64,000 nt of DNA from an uncultured bacterium (GTDB lineage: Bacteria > Fidelibacterota > Marinisomatia > Marinisomatales > JABMOV01), in NCBI GenBank assembly GCA_964654545.1, contig CAZZIU010000003.1, forward strand, positions 73,201 through 137,200. The letters run 5' to 3'. Position 1 is the stretch's first letter, and the number at the start of each line of letters is the position of its first letter. This document shows, piece by piece, positions 31,793 through 41,843 of this stretch. Under the pieces are notes generated by a model that was not told the origin of the DNA, did no database searches, and saw nothing but the letters and a program-made list of their open reading frames with translations. The translations under genes were made by a program, and so were the position numbers.

Positions 31793-32965
31793 ATGGAAAA
31801 AAAAGAAAAAATAGTATTAGGCATTACGGGTCTAAGTCATTTGCTGGTGCATTCTCAAATGCTTGTATTACCAAATATATTTTTGGTATTACAATCGCAA
31901 TTTTCATTGGGTTATGATACGTTGGGCTTGTTGGCTACTGCCAGTGCATTTATGTTTGGTTTGGGCGCTATTCCTGCCGGTTATTTTGAAAGAAGAATAG
32001 GCGGAAGAACACTATTGTTGACATATCAAATTGGCTCCTCTTTTTCGATTGTAATCCTGTTACTGGCAAGTAGTTTAAAAAGTATTACAATAGGTCTAAT
32101 GCTTCTTGGATTGTTTAGCAGTATCTATCATCCAGCTGGATTGACCATTCTTTCACGGCGTATTTCACAATTAAGCAGAGGAATGGCAATACATGGAATT
32201 TTTGGTTCAGTGGGATTAGCTGCTGGTCCACTTTTAGCGTCATTGTTCACCGAAATGTTTTCGTGGAAATTCGCTTATGGTTCACTGTTGATTGCCCATG
32301 GTATTCTAGCTTTGATGACATTATTGTTGATTGAAAAAAGGAAACCCACTGTTCAGGAAGAAGACACAATTCGCGGACCAGAGAAATCCAGTATTAAGGC
32401 ACTTTCCGTGTATTATGGTATAGCTATTTTACTCGGTTTTGCATATACCGGATTCACCACTTTTATTCCTACCCATTTTGCAGTTGAAACAAGAAACTTG
32501 TTTCCGAACGTATCCGATATTTTGAGAGGTGGCTTGTTTACTACCTTGGTGTTAGTGGCGGGAATAATCGGACAGCTTATTGGCGGTTGGGCAGGTGATA
32601 AATACAATCGTGTAACACTTATATTTTGGATTGTACTTGTGAATATTCCACTGTTTGCACTCCTGGGATTTTCCACCGGGTGGGTTTTAATTTGTGTGGG
32701 TATACTGGTTGGAATTGCTCATTTTTCCACGCAACCGGTTGGGAATTCTCTCATCGCCACACTCACAAGTTCACAAAGCCGTGGTTTGGGGTATGGGATT
32801 AGTTTTTTCTTTAGTTTTGGTGTCGGGTCACTGGCTGCCATGGTAAGTGGTTGGGTTGGTGAAAATTATTCTTTATCAGCCGTCTTTCCATTATTAGCAG
32901 TTTTGTTAATCCCCGGACTTTGGTTGGCGTTTCGATTTCGTAAATTTGACTCGACAAATACATAG
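31793..32965 (+). CDS. MFS transporter
   Basis: About 390 aa with about 12 TM segments by eye. ATG 31793 is preferred over track GTG 31781 because AGGTGA lies 7 nt upstream. Substrate unknown. Confidence 0.75.
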   Translation: MEKKEKIVLGITGLSHLLVHSQMLVLPNIFLVLQSQFSLGYDTLGLLATASAFMFGLGAIPAGYFERRIGGRTLLLTYQIGSSFSIVILLLASSLKSITIGLMLLGLFSSIYHPAGLTILSRRISQLSRGMAIHGIFGSVGLAAGPLLASLFTEMFSWKFAYGSLLIAHGILALMTLLLIEKRKPTVQEEDTIRGPEKSSIKALSVYYGIAILLGFAYTGFTTFIPTHFAVETRNLFPNVSDILRGGLFTTLVLVAGIIGQLIGGWAGDKYNRVTLIFWIVLVNIPLFALLGFSTGWVLICVGILVGIAHFSTQPVGNSLIATLTSSQSRGLGYGISFFFSFGVGSLAAMVSGWVGENYSLSAVFPLLAVLLIPGLWLAFRFRKFDSTNT

Positions 32966-32970
32966 AGGAA

Positions 32971-34350
32971 ATGTCCATCAAAATACAGCTTCCATCCGTT
33001 AGTGAGGTATTAACTGCCACTCCCGATAGTATCGATGTCCATGAGCAGGTTCTCCGTTCCTGGATTCGCACTGAAATAGGTAGATTCAGAAAAATGAACC
33101 TTTCGGGAGAATCAATTCCTAACCGGGAAACAATTGTAAAAGTCATCGTTGACAGGATTGCTGAGCTTGCAGGATCTTCACTAAAAAATATCATAAATGG
33201 GACAGGAATTGTACTGCATACGGGCTTTGGAAGAGCGCCACTGGGGTCATCTGTGTTGCACTCAATTGCCGATCAAATTGCAGGGTATTCTAACCTGGAG
33301 TATGACCTGTCAAGCGGTCATCGTGGAAACCGCTTGGCACATGTGGATACCTACCTGTCGCTTATGATAGGGGCACAAAAATCCGTTGTCGTAAACAATA
33401 ATGCTGCGGCTGTGTTGATCGCTCTCAACACGATGGCAGAAGGCAAGGATGTTATCATTTCGCGTGGACAAGAAGTGGAAATTGGTGGATCCTTTCGTAT
33501 CCCCGATATTATCAAAAAGAGCAACTGTACATTAATTGAAGTTGGGACAACCAACCGAACCCATCTTCAAGATTATCAAAATGCGATCACCAAGAAGACC
33601 GGTTTGATTTTGTGGGTGCATACAAGTAATTATAAAATCAAAGGATTTACAAAAGATGTTCCATTAGAAGCATTGGTTTCACTTGGGAAAAAGCACCGAA
33701 TTCCGGTTATGGCGGATTTGGGCAGTGGTGCTTTGGTTCCGCTAACCGATTTGGGTATCGCAGAAGAACTTCCTGTTGAAAACGTGATTAAATCAGGAGT
33801 AGATCTGGTCACATTCTCCGGTGACAAACTACTGGGTGGGCCACAAATGGGAATTTTGGCCGGAAAAAAGAAAATTATCCAGGCTATTTTGAATAACCCA
33901 TTATATCGAACAATACGATGCGACAAAATTGCTTTAGCGGTATTTGAAAAGATTTTACGGAGTTACAGAAAACATTCAGTGTCTGAAGCCAATCTTGCAT
34001 TGCAGTTACTACGATCGAAACGTTCCTTTCTAAGGTCCAGAGCAGACTCAATTCTTAAGAAAATAAAACAACCATTGATAAAGAATTTCCGTATTTCTGT
34101 TGTGGAAACCGTTGTTGAGGCTGGTAGTGGCTCACTCCCGGAAAACCAATTAAATAGCATTGCTCTTCAATTTCAGCCAATAGCTCTTTCCACAAATAAA
34201 CTAGCAAAGGCTTTTCGAAGCCTGCCAATACCCATTGCCGGGTATATTGAGAAAAATCATTTCCGGATTGATTTAAAAGCCATCCTTCCTGAACAGGACG
34301 AAATACTTATTTCGTCCATTAATTCACTGGGATCTGATTTAACATCATAG
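32971..34350 (+). CDS. selA: L-seryl-tRNA(Sec) selenium transferase
   Basis: 459 aa. PLP-lysine region FSGDKLLGGPQMGILAG. Adjacent to selB. Confidence 0.93.
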   Translation: MSIKIQLPSVSEVLTATPDSIDVHEQVLRSWIRTEIGRFRKMNLSGESIPNRETIVKVIVDRIAELAGSSLKNIINGTGIVLHTGFGRAPLGSSVLHSIADQIAGYSNLEYDLSSGHRGNRLAHVDTYLSLMIGAQKSVVVNNNAAAVLIALNTMAEGKDVIISRGQEVEIGGSFRIPDIIKKSNCTLIEVGTTNRTHLQDYQNAITKKTGLILWVHTSNYKIKGFTKDVPLEALVSLGKKHRIPVMADLGSGALVPLTDLGIAEELPVENVIKSGVDLVTFSGDKLLGGPQMGILAGKKKIIQAILNNPLYRTIRCDKIALAVFEKILRSYRKHSVSEANLALQLLRSKRSFLRSRADSILKKIKQPLIKNFRISVVETVVEAGSGSLPENQLNSIALQFQPIALSTNKLAKAFRSLPIPIAGYIEKNHFRIDLKAILPEQDEILISSINSLGSDLTS

Positions 34351-34352
34351 AT

Positions 34353-36257
34353 ATGGCAATCTCAAACGAGAATCGGCAAATTGTAATTGGCACCGCCGGA
34401 CATATAGATCACGGGAAAACCTCCCTCGTTTTTGCATTAACCGGAACAAATACCGACCGACTTGTCGATGAAAAAGCTCGCGGGATGACCATTGATTTAG
34501 GCTTTGCATTTTTAAACGATTACATTACCATAATTGATGTACCGGGACATGAAAAATTTATCCGAAATATGGTTGCCGGTGTTTCCACAATCGATGTGGC
34601 GCTGTTGGTTGTGGCTGCAGATGATGGTGTGATGCCGCAAACGACCGAACATCTTGAAATCATGAATCTTCTTGGGATAACATCTGGTGTTGTTGCCCTA
34701 ACCAAAACGGATCTCATTGAGGATACCAATTGGTTGGAATTAATGGAAGATGATGTGAGAAATACCTTGCATGGCACCTTTTTTGAAAATGCACCAATAA
34801 TTCGTACATCGATTGTTACCAAAAGTGGAATCGTAGCACTGCGCACTGCGTTGATTACTTCTGCAAAAGAGGTGAATGAACGAAAGGACAGGGGCTATTT
34901 CAGGCTCCCGGTTGATCGTGTGTTTAGCAAACCAGGTTTCGGTACTATTGTAACAGGTACTGTGATCTCTGGCGGTATAAAAGTTGGAGATGCAGTCGAG
35001 GTACAACCAGGAAATGTGGACTCTAAAATTCGAGGAATCCAATCCCACGGACAAGCCCGTGAATCAGTATCAATGGGTGATAGGGCGGCGTTAAATCTTG
35101 GAAGGGTGGAAAAGGAAATTATATCCAGAGGTACAGAAATTTCAGCATTGAACAGATGTATTGTAACTGATGAATTCATCGGGTATTTTACTGTCCTAAG
35201 GAGCTCTCGTTGGAAAATCAAAAATAATCAGCGGTTAAGACTGCATTTTGGGACAGAAGAAGTAATGGGGAGAATAAAAATATTACAATCTCCTGTTATG
35301 CCGGGAGTCTCCATAAAAGGCAAATTTTCACTGGAAAGTAATGCTGTGTTGACTATGGATGATCGATTTATTATGCGATCATTCTCACCCATGGAAACTT
35401 TAGGTGGTGGTGTTATTCTTGATCCTTCACCTGGCCGTCTACCATTACCAATGACAAAACTCCTTAAACAAATGCCTGTCGATTTGGATGAGCGATTCTA
35501 TTGGTATATACGCAAATTATGGCAGCAACCAAAAAATGTGAAAGAATGGTCCCAAATTTTCCAGCAACCAGAATCGGTAATTCAACAACTAGCAGAAAAT
35601 GGTGATTTTCACATACTCAAAGGATCGGGCATTTTATACCACCCAGATGACTTGGAGCATTTAATAAAACACTTGAATGATACAATCAGACAATTCCACG
35701 AAGAACATCCATACCGTCGATATATAAGTCAAAAACAATTGAGTGACTTTTGTGGGGTTGACGACACTTTTTTTTCTTTAGCCTTAGAGATCAGCATGAA
35801 AAATGGCTCGATTAAGCAAATTGAATCGGGATATGCTTTGAGCTCTCACACAATTTCACTAAATGATAATGATCAGATATTGTCGGAAAAAATTGTAAAA
35901 CTGTGGCAAACAAATCCTTTTGAGGCGAAACAAACACAGGCAATCGCCGAACCGCTGTCCCTAGATTTCAACCGAACTCAAGAATTGATGCATGTTCTTA
36001 AAAATGACAACAAAGTACTGGAAGTACTCCAGGGATGGTGGTTGCCAGATGAGGGATTTTCTACCCTATTGAATCAATTAAAACAATGGTTCGATAAGCA
36101 TGAGAAGTTGTCTGTTGCCGATTTTAAATCAATTACCGGATTATCAAGAAAAACTGCAATTCCATTGCTGGAATATTTAGACAAAATCCAATTATCTGAA
36201 AGATCTGGCGACAATCGAATTCCCGGCGAAAAATTCAGTGAGCTGGTAGATGAATAA
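34353..36257 (+). CDS. selB: Selenocysteine-specific translation elongation factor
   Basis: 634 aa. G motifs GHIDHGKTSL, DVPGHEKF, TKTD. Long C-terminal winged-helix extension typical of bacterial SelB. Confidence 0.93.
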   Translation: MAISNENRQIVIGTAGHIDHGKTSLVFALTGTNTDRLVDEKARGMTIDLGFAFLNDYITIIDVPGHEKFIRNMVAGVSTIDVALLVVAADDGVMPQTTEHLEIMNLLGITSGVVALTKTDLIEDTNWLELMEDDVRNTLHGTFFENAPIIRTSIVTKSGIVALRTALITSAKEVNERKDRGYFRLPVDRVFSKPGFGTIVTGTVISGGIKVGDAVEVQPGNVDSKIRGIQSHGQARESVSMGDRAALNLGRVEKEIISRGTEISALNRCIVTDEFIGYFTVLRSSRWKIKNNQRLRLHFGTEEVMGRIKILQSPVMPGVSIKGKFSLESNAVLTMDDRFIMRSFSPMETLGGGVILDPSPGRLPLPMTKLLKQMPVDLDERFYWYIRKLWQQPKNVKEWSQIFQQPESVIQQLAENGDFHILKGSGILYHPDDLEHLIKHLNDTIRQFHEEHPYRRYISQKQLSDFCGVDDTFFSLALEISMKNGSIKQIESGYALSSHTISLNDNDQILSEKIVKLWQTNPFEAKQTQAIAEPLSLDFNRTQELMHVLKNDNKVLEVLQGWWLPDEGFSTLLNQLKQWFDKHEKLSVADFKSITGLSRKTAIPLLEYLDKIQLSERSGDNRIPGEKFSELVDE

Positions 36258-38847
36258 GAAATCGTCAGAAAACACACCTCTGATGCGTCAGTATTTGGAG
36301 GTGAAAAACAAACATTCCGATTGTATTGTACTCTTTCGAATGGGTGATTTTTTTGAGACATTTCACGAGGATGCAAAATTAACAGCAAAAATTCTGGGAA
36401 TAGTTTTAACAAAACGAGCAAATGGAGCGGCCGCAGAGGTGCCACTTGCCGGATTTCCACATCATGCACTTGATAATTACTTGCCCAAATTGGTCCAGGC
36501 AGGACATAAAGTTGCTATTTGCGAACAGGTTGAAAACCCAAAACTGGCGAAAGGAATTGTAAAGCGCGAGGTTGTGGAAGTAGTCACACCTGGAACATTG
36601 ACAACATCCCTTGATATGGATAAAAAATCCAATCACTTTATTGCCAGCATTGCCATGGGAAAATCAGATATCGGTTATGCAATTCTTGATCAATCTACAG
36701 GTGATTTCTTTGTGGGGGAAACCACTTCTGAAGCGCTTGCGAATGCACTAAGAAGATTTAACCCACGTGAAATAATAGTGAGTGATGATATAACGTACTC
36801 GCTTACAACCTGGTACAAAGAACTTCGTCCATTCGTATCACAAGTAGAGGGCTGGCTGTTTGATCCGGAACAAGGCCAACGAATTCTGACCGAACATTTT
36901 CAAACAAAATCACTTAAAGGGTTTGGGTGCGAGCACATGCGCCATGGTATTGCAGCTGCCGGTGTCATTTTAACCTATATCAAAGATCAATTAAGCGGAA
37001 AGCTGGATCACGTAAAATCGCTCACGCCCATTCGCGATGATGGGCTCATGGGAATAGATGGTTTTACGGTACGCAATTTGGAAGTATTTCAAAGTTTATC
37101 AACACAGGGTACCCACGGTACCTTGATTGATGCCATAGATGAAACTCTCACAGCCGGCGGAGGTCGGTGTTTGAGACGCTGGTTATACCAACCGATTACA
37201 GATCTAAAAGAATTAAATAACCGATTGGATTGTGTACAGGGCTTTGTGAATGCAAAACCCAGGTTGGATGATACACGGTTGTTTCTAAAGGATATTCCGG
37301 ATGTAGAAAGAATTTTAGGGAAAACTGCACGATTAAAGGTATCTCCCAGAGAATTGGTTGCACTGGGTAAAGTTTTACGGTCTATACCGCATTTCAAACC
37401 TACCCTAACATGCATAAATGTTCCTGCGATTCAAGCGCTGATAAAGTCTTTCCAAAATACCGAACGTATCGCAGAGCAACTACTGACCATATTACAGGAG
37501 GATGGACCGGCACAATTAAAAAATGGGAATGCCATTGCTGCCGGAATAAACAAGGAGCTTGATGATTTGCGAGCAATTGCATCCGGTGGGAAACGCTGGT
37601 TGGATGAACTTAAAAACTCGGAACGTGAACGTACAGGAATTACAACTTTAAAGATAGGTTACAATAAAGTTTTTGGCTATTACATTGAGGTAACAAAAGC
37701 GAATCAGGATCGTGTACCAGAGGATTACATTCGGAAACAGACCCTGGTGAATTCAGAGCGCTATATCACACCGGATCTCAAGGATTATGAGGAAAAAATC
37801 CTGAGTGCTGAGAGCGAAATTGAGCGAATTGAAGCTGAAATCTTCTATAAATTGTGTTCTGATGTGCTACAGCACAGTGATTCCATTCAAGTTAATTTCC
37901 GTATATTAAATCAATTGGACGTCCTGACGTGTTTTGCGGTTAGAGCTCAAAGAGAAAAGTATATCAGACCACAATTAGCAAATAATCGAGAACTAACCAT
38001 TAAGGATGGTCGACATCCCGTTGTGGAAAAACTGTTACCGACGACCGAACGCTTTATTCCGAATGACATTTCAATGAATGCTGAAAAAAATCAGATTCAT
38101 CTAATTACTGGCCCGAATATGGCGGGTAAATCAACATATTTAAGACAAGTCGGGTTATTGGTTTTAATGGCGCAGGTAGGTTCATTTATTCCGGCCAAAG
38201 AAGCTTCTATTGGCATCGTTGATCACCTATTTACCCGTGTGGGTGCCAGCGATAATCTGGCTGGCGGCGAAAGCACATTTTTAGTGGAAATGAATGAGGC
38301 TGCAAATATATTGAATAATGCCACTCGTCATAGCTTAATTTTGTTGGATGAAATAGGTCGGGGAACAGCTACCTACGATGGGTTATCACTGGCATGGGCA
38401 ATCACTGAATATTTACATCAAACAGATGAAGTCCAGGCAAGAACCTTATTCGCCACCCACTATCACGAATTGACTGACTTAGAGCATACACTCAAACGGT
38501 TGGAAAATCATCACATTGCCGTAAAAGAGTTTGGTGATAAAATAGTATTTCTTCGAAAAATTTTACCTGGTGCTGGAGACAAAAGTTATGGTATTCATGT
38601 GGCTCAGATGGCGGGACTACCTGATACTGTCATCCGGCGTGCAACCGAAATATTGGATTATCATTTAAATCAAACAACGGAAAAACCAGGAACATTCCCC
38701 GTCGAATCTGCGTCGAATCAAATTAATATCTTTGATGAACAGGCATCAAAATTGAAAGAAGAAATAAAAGGATTGGAATTGGATAATATGACACCGTTGG
38801 AAGCACTAAATAAACTTCACGCGTTGCAGAAAAAACACGGTGCGTAA
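36250..38847 (+). CDS. mutS: DNA mismatch repair protein MutS
   Basis: 865 aa. TPLMRQYLEVK, mismatch-binding GDFFETF, Walker A GPNMAGKST, DEIGRGT, THYHEL. Overlaps the selB end by 8 nt. Confidence 0.97.
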   Translation: MNKKSSENTPLMRQYLEVKNKHSDCIVLFRMGDFFETFHEDAKLTAKILGIVLTKRANGAAAEVPLAGFPHHALDNYLPKLVQAGHKVAICEQVENPKLAKGIVKREVVEVVTPGTLTTSLDMDKKSNHFIASIAMGKSDIGYAILDQSTGDFFVGETTSEALANALRRFNPREIIVSDDITYSLTTWYKELRPFVSQVEGWLFDPEQGQRILTEHFQTKSLKGFGCEHMRHGIAAAGVILTYIKDQLSGKLDHVKSLTPIRDDGLMGIDGFTVRNLEVFQSLSTQGTHGTLIDAIDETLTAGGGRCLRRWLYQPITDLKELNNRLDCVQGFVNAKPRLDDTRLFLKDIPDVERILGKTARLKVSPRELVALGKVLRSIPHFKPTLTCINVPAIQALIKSFQNTERIAEQLLTILQEDGPAQLKNGNAIAAGINKELDDLRAIASGGKRWLDELKNSERERTGITTLKIGYNKVFGYYIEVTKANQDRVPEDYIRKQTLVNSERYITPDLKDYEEKILSAESEIERIEAEIFYKLCSDVLQHSDSIQVNFRILNQLDVLTCFAVRAQREKYIRPQLANNRELTIKDGRHPVVEKLLPTTERFIPNDISMNAEKNQIHLITGPNMAGKSTYLRQVGLLVLMAQVGSFIPAKEASIGIVDHLFTRVGASDNLAGGESTFLVEMNEAANILNNATRHSLILLDEIGRGTATYDGLSLAWAITEYLHQTDEVQARTLFATHYHELTDLEHTLKRLENHHIAVKEFGDKIVFLRKILPGAGDKSYGIHVAQMAGLPDTVIRRATEILDYHLNQTTEKPGTFPVESASNQINIFDEQASKLKEEIKGLELDNMTPLEALNKLHALQKKHGA

Positions 38848-38853
38848 AAAGAA

Positions 38854-39897
38854 ATGCTGATTCGAAATCTATGGATTACGGTTTTTTTGTTTTCCTTATT
38901 GACAGCTGGAGAATGGGTGAAATACGGTTGGCAATTGTATGACCAGCCGGGTGATGCCAGAATACTGGCGTTGGGTGGAGCGCAAGTTACAAATGGAACC
39001 CATGTTGCATCTGTGTTGGTAAATCCTGCTAATAACGACTTTGGTGTAGGTAGCTGGTTGAGTTATGCGCATCAAAGCCGATTTGCCGGATTGGTGGAAC
39101 ATGATTTTTTCGCTTTTTCAATTAAACGAGGGTTTGCCCGACCGGTGCATGTGGTTATTTTACAAGAATTTGTAGGGGGAATTCCCAATACGACAAATGG
39201 CCTGTTGGATTGGGGAAATGACGGAATTCCAGGTACAGGGGATGCGGGCGAAGGGGACGGGATATTGGATGAGGGAGAGCGATTGGATGCCAGTAAAATT
39301 TCACAGTTTCACCAGCAGCAATGGGGGTTGTTTTTAAGCTCTACGTGGAAACGAAACAATTGGACATTCGGCGTTGGATTTAAAGGATTATTTCACTCAA
39401 TTGGTCATCACTATGCAAATGGAATTGGTTTTAATATTGGTGCCAGGCGATCACTTTGGAAAACACTCTCTATCGGTTTCAGTGTTTCTGATGTTACAAC
39501 ATCTTGGCTGGTGTGGGAAAATGGAACAATAGAACGAGCTTTACCAGTAATTAGTACAGGATTATCTGGAGAATTTTCTTTGCCCATTCTACGATGGAAA
39601 TCCACATTTTATTCCGATATAATTTTTGACACAAACGGTGATATGTTAGATAACAGTTTTTCCTCGGGACGTGCGAGGTTTGGATTGGAAGTTGCACCAA
39701 AATCCGCATTGCGGCTTCGTGGAGGACTTTCAGAAATCAACATGATAACCGGTGGAATTGGCGTTGTGAGTAATAACTGGACTGTTGATTATAGTTTTAA
39801 ACCATCACCTTTAGGGTCATCGCTGGGGTCCTCACATTACCTGACTTTTAACGTTTCACCACAGTGGGTTTTTGGTCTACTCGGTGTCTCTTATTAA
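38854..39897 (+). CDS. Putative outer-membrane beta-barrel protein, PorV/PorQ-like (FadL-like) family
   Basis: 347 aa with a signal peptide. The N-terminal motif QPGDARILALGGAQV resembles the PDAR..GMGDAGVA motif I associate with PorV/PorQ. Alternating beta-strand pattern and an aromatic C-terminus. Assignment from memory only. Confidence 0.5.
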   Translation: MLIRNLWITVFLFSLLTAGEWVKYGWQLYDQPGDARILALGGAQVTNGTHVASVLVNPANNDFGVGSWLSYAHQSRFAGLVEHDFFAFSIKRGFARPVHVVILQEFVGGIPNTTNGLLDWGNDGIPGTGDAGEGDGILDEGERLDASKISQFHQQQWGLFLSSTWKRNNWTFGVGFKGLFHSIGHHYANGIGFNIGARRSLWKTLSIGFSVSDVTTSWLVWENGTIERALPVISTGLSGEFSLPILRWKSTFYSDIIFDTNGDMLDNSFSSGRARFGLEVAPKSALRLRGGLSEINMITGGIGVVSNNWTVDYSFKPSPLGSSLGSSHYLTFNVSPQWVFGLLGVSY

Positions 39898-40139
39898 GAC
39901 TGTTATTTGTAGAAATTGTACCTAATGAAACCTACGGAAGGGTAAAACAAGCAATTCTAAACACGCCAAACATGTAGTCAATAAACAACTGCATGAATGA
40001 ACATTATTGATTCGCAGGGCGGTAAAAAATGCAAGGGTGATTGCTTTTTAAAATATTCCATTGAAATATTTACATTTCACATTGGTCAAGTATTTTAAAA
40101 ATCAGTAAGTTCGGTACTCTTCGCAAATATGGAAATCAG

Positions 40140-41000
40140 ATGAAAAGTATGACCGGATTCGGGCGTGGTATAGCAGGGAAAAATTCTAATCGCGTCGTTG
40201 TAACTATAAAAACCTATAATTCCAGGTTCTTGGATATCAAAATTCGTGGGTGTGAGAACGATACAGAATTGGAATCAAAAGTTCGTGATTTTCTTCAGCA
40301 AAAAGTCATACGTGGTTCGGTATTTGTGAGCATTGAAGCGGATAGAAGCGATAAAGACAGTGTGGCAATTTCCTTTAATCGTGAACGTTTTGAAGCAATT
40401 GAAAAAATATTGATATCAATACAAAAGGATTATGGTCGTCATCTGGATATTTCAGATCTGGTTTCTGCTGACGACATTATTAGTGAACGTGGAGATAATA
40501 CTTTTACTGTTGAGAGTATAGACAAGGCATTGCAAGATGCTTTTCTTCAAATGAATGAAATGCGCATCAATGAGGGCAACCGACTTAAAGAAGATTTTAA
40601 AAATCGACTAAATAGTGCCCTTGAAATATCCGAAAGATTTTCGACCCTGAACGATGATACTACGAATGAACGGAATGACCGCATGAAAAAAAGGATTCAG
40701 GAATTACTTGGGAATTTGGATTTGGATGAAACCAGACTTGCTCAGGAAATTGCAATTTTGGCGGAACGATCCGACGTCACTGAGGAAATAACTCGGTTTA
40801 ATAGCCATATTGAGCAATTCACCGGGCTGCTGGATTCTGATGAACCGATAGGTAAGCGATGTAATTTTATTTTGCAGGAGATGGGTAGGGAGATCAATAC
40901 AATCGGTTCAAAGAGCGCCAATCCGGAACTAACAACCCTTGTGATTCATGCCAAGGATGAATTGGAAAAAATGCGCGAACAGGTTCAAAACATTTTATGA
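40140..41000 (+). CDS. YicC-family stress-induced protein
   Basis: 286 aa. N-terminal MKSMTGFGRG and C-terminal EMGREINTIGSK motifs. Conserved position upstream of gmk. Confidence 0.9.
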   Translation: MKSMTGFGRGIAGKNSNRVVVTIKTYNSRFLDIKIRGCENDTELESKVRDFLQQKVIRGSVFVSIEADRSDKDSVAISFNRERFEAIEKILISIQKDYGRHLDISDLVSADDIISERGDNTFTVESIDKALQDAFLQMNEMRINEGNRLKEDFKNRLNSALEISERFSTLNDDTTNERNDRMKKRIQELLGNLDLDETRLAQEIAILAERSDVTEEITRFNSHIEQFTGLLDSDEPIGKRCNFILQEMGREINTIGSKSANPELTTLVIHAKDELEKMREQVQNIL

Positions 41001-41590
41001 AAAACTTTATCGTCATTGCAGCACCATCTGGAACAGGTAAAACAACTCTTTGTCGAGAACTACAAAAGCAGAATCCGGAAATTCAGTTTTCGGTGTCGTG
41101 TACCACCAGACCTAAAAGGCATTATGAAAAAGACGGTTATGATTATCATTTTCTGACGCACGATGAATTTGAAAAACTGATTGCTGAGAATGCCCTGGTA
41201 GAGTATGAGGAGGTACATGGGTACTTTTATGGAACCAAAAAGTCCTATTTGGAAGATGCCATCAAAAAGAATGAAATCATAATGCTGGATTTGGATGTAA
41301 AGGGTGCACTTTCCATAAAAGAACTTTACCCTGAACGGACATCATTGATTTTTGTTGAGCCGCCAAATGAACAAATTTTAATTGATCGATTGAAGCACCG
41401 TGGATCAGATTCGGAAGAAAGAATTAAGGTGCGTCTTCAACGTTTTCAAATGGAAATGGGTTATAAACAACAGTTTGATCACATTGTATTAAATGATAAA
41501 CTTGAAGATGCCGTAAAGTCATTAAAAAATATAGTTATAAGTAAGACAAAAGGAGAACTAAATGGGAATCAAACCTTTGCACATTCGTAA
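40997..41590 (+). CDS. gmk: Guanylate kinase
   Basis: 197 aa. P-loop APSGTGKTT, plus SVSCTTRPKR...E.DG.DYHF. Confidence 0.95.
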   Translation: MKNFIVIAAPSGTGKTTLCRELQKQNPEIQFSVSCTTRPKRHYEKDGYDYHFLTHDEFEKLIAENALVEYEEVHGYFYGTKKSYLEDAIKKNEIIMLDLDVKGALSIKELYPERTSLIFVEPPNEQILIDRLKHRGSDSEERIKVRLQRFQMEMGYKQQFDHIVLNDKLEDAVKSLKNIVISKTKGELNGNQTFAHS

Positions 41591-41837
41591 GATTGAGGAG
41601 CAAACTGATGATTTGTATGAAGCGACAGTAGTCATGTCATCACGGGCTCGTCAAATATTACGTGATCGGATTGTAGATCAGGCAATGCGCGACACAGACC
41701 AGGATAATTTTGGCGTCTTTGATACAGTACCTGAAATAGATCCGGCAGATTATGTTGAGCAGCCAAAACCAACTGCCATCGCTACTGAGGAATTTATGAA
41801 AGGGGATATTTCCTGGTATAAATCTGAAGAAGAATAG
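41562..41837 (+). CDS. rpoZ: DNA-directed RNA polymerase subunit omega
   Basis: 91 aa. ...DDLYEATVVMSSRARQI... core. Strong SD AAGGAGA 5 nt upstream of the ATG. Overlaps gmk by 29 nt. gmk-rpoZ synteny. Confidence 0.85.
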   Translation: MGIKPLHIRKIEEQTDDLYEATVVMSSRARQILRDRIVDQAMRDTDQDNFGVFDTVPEIDPADYVEQPKPTAIATEEFMKGDISWYKSEEE

Positions 41838-41843
41838 CGTTTA

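Noticed and set aside
31781-38847. Search for selC (tRNA-Sec), selD or a selenoprotein gene with in-frame TGA next to selAB
   Set aside because: The gaps around selA/selB are 2-8 nt, so no tRNA fits. No pair of adjacent same-frame ORFs separated by a single TGA was seen anywhere in the window. These genes must lie elsewhere.
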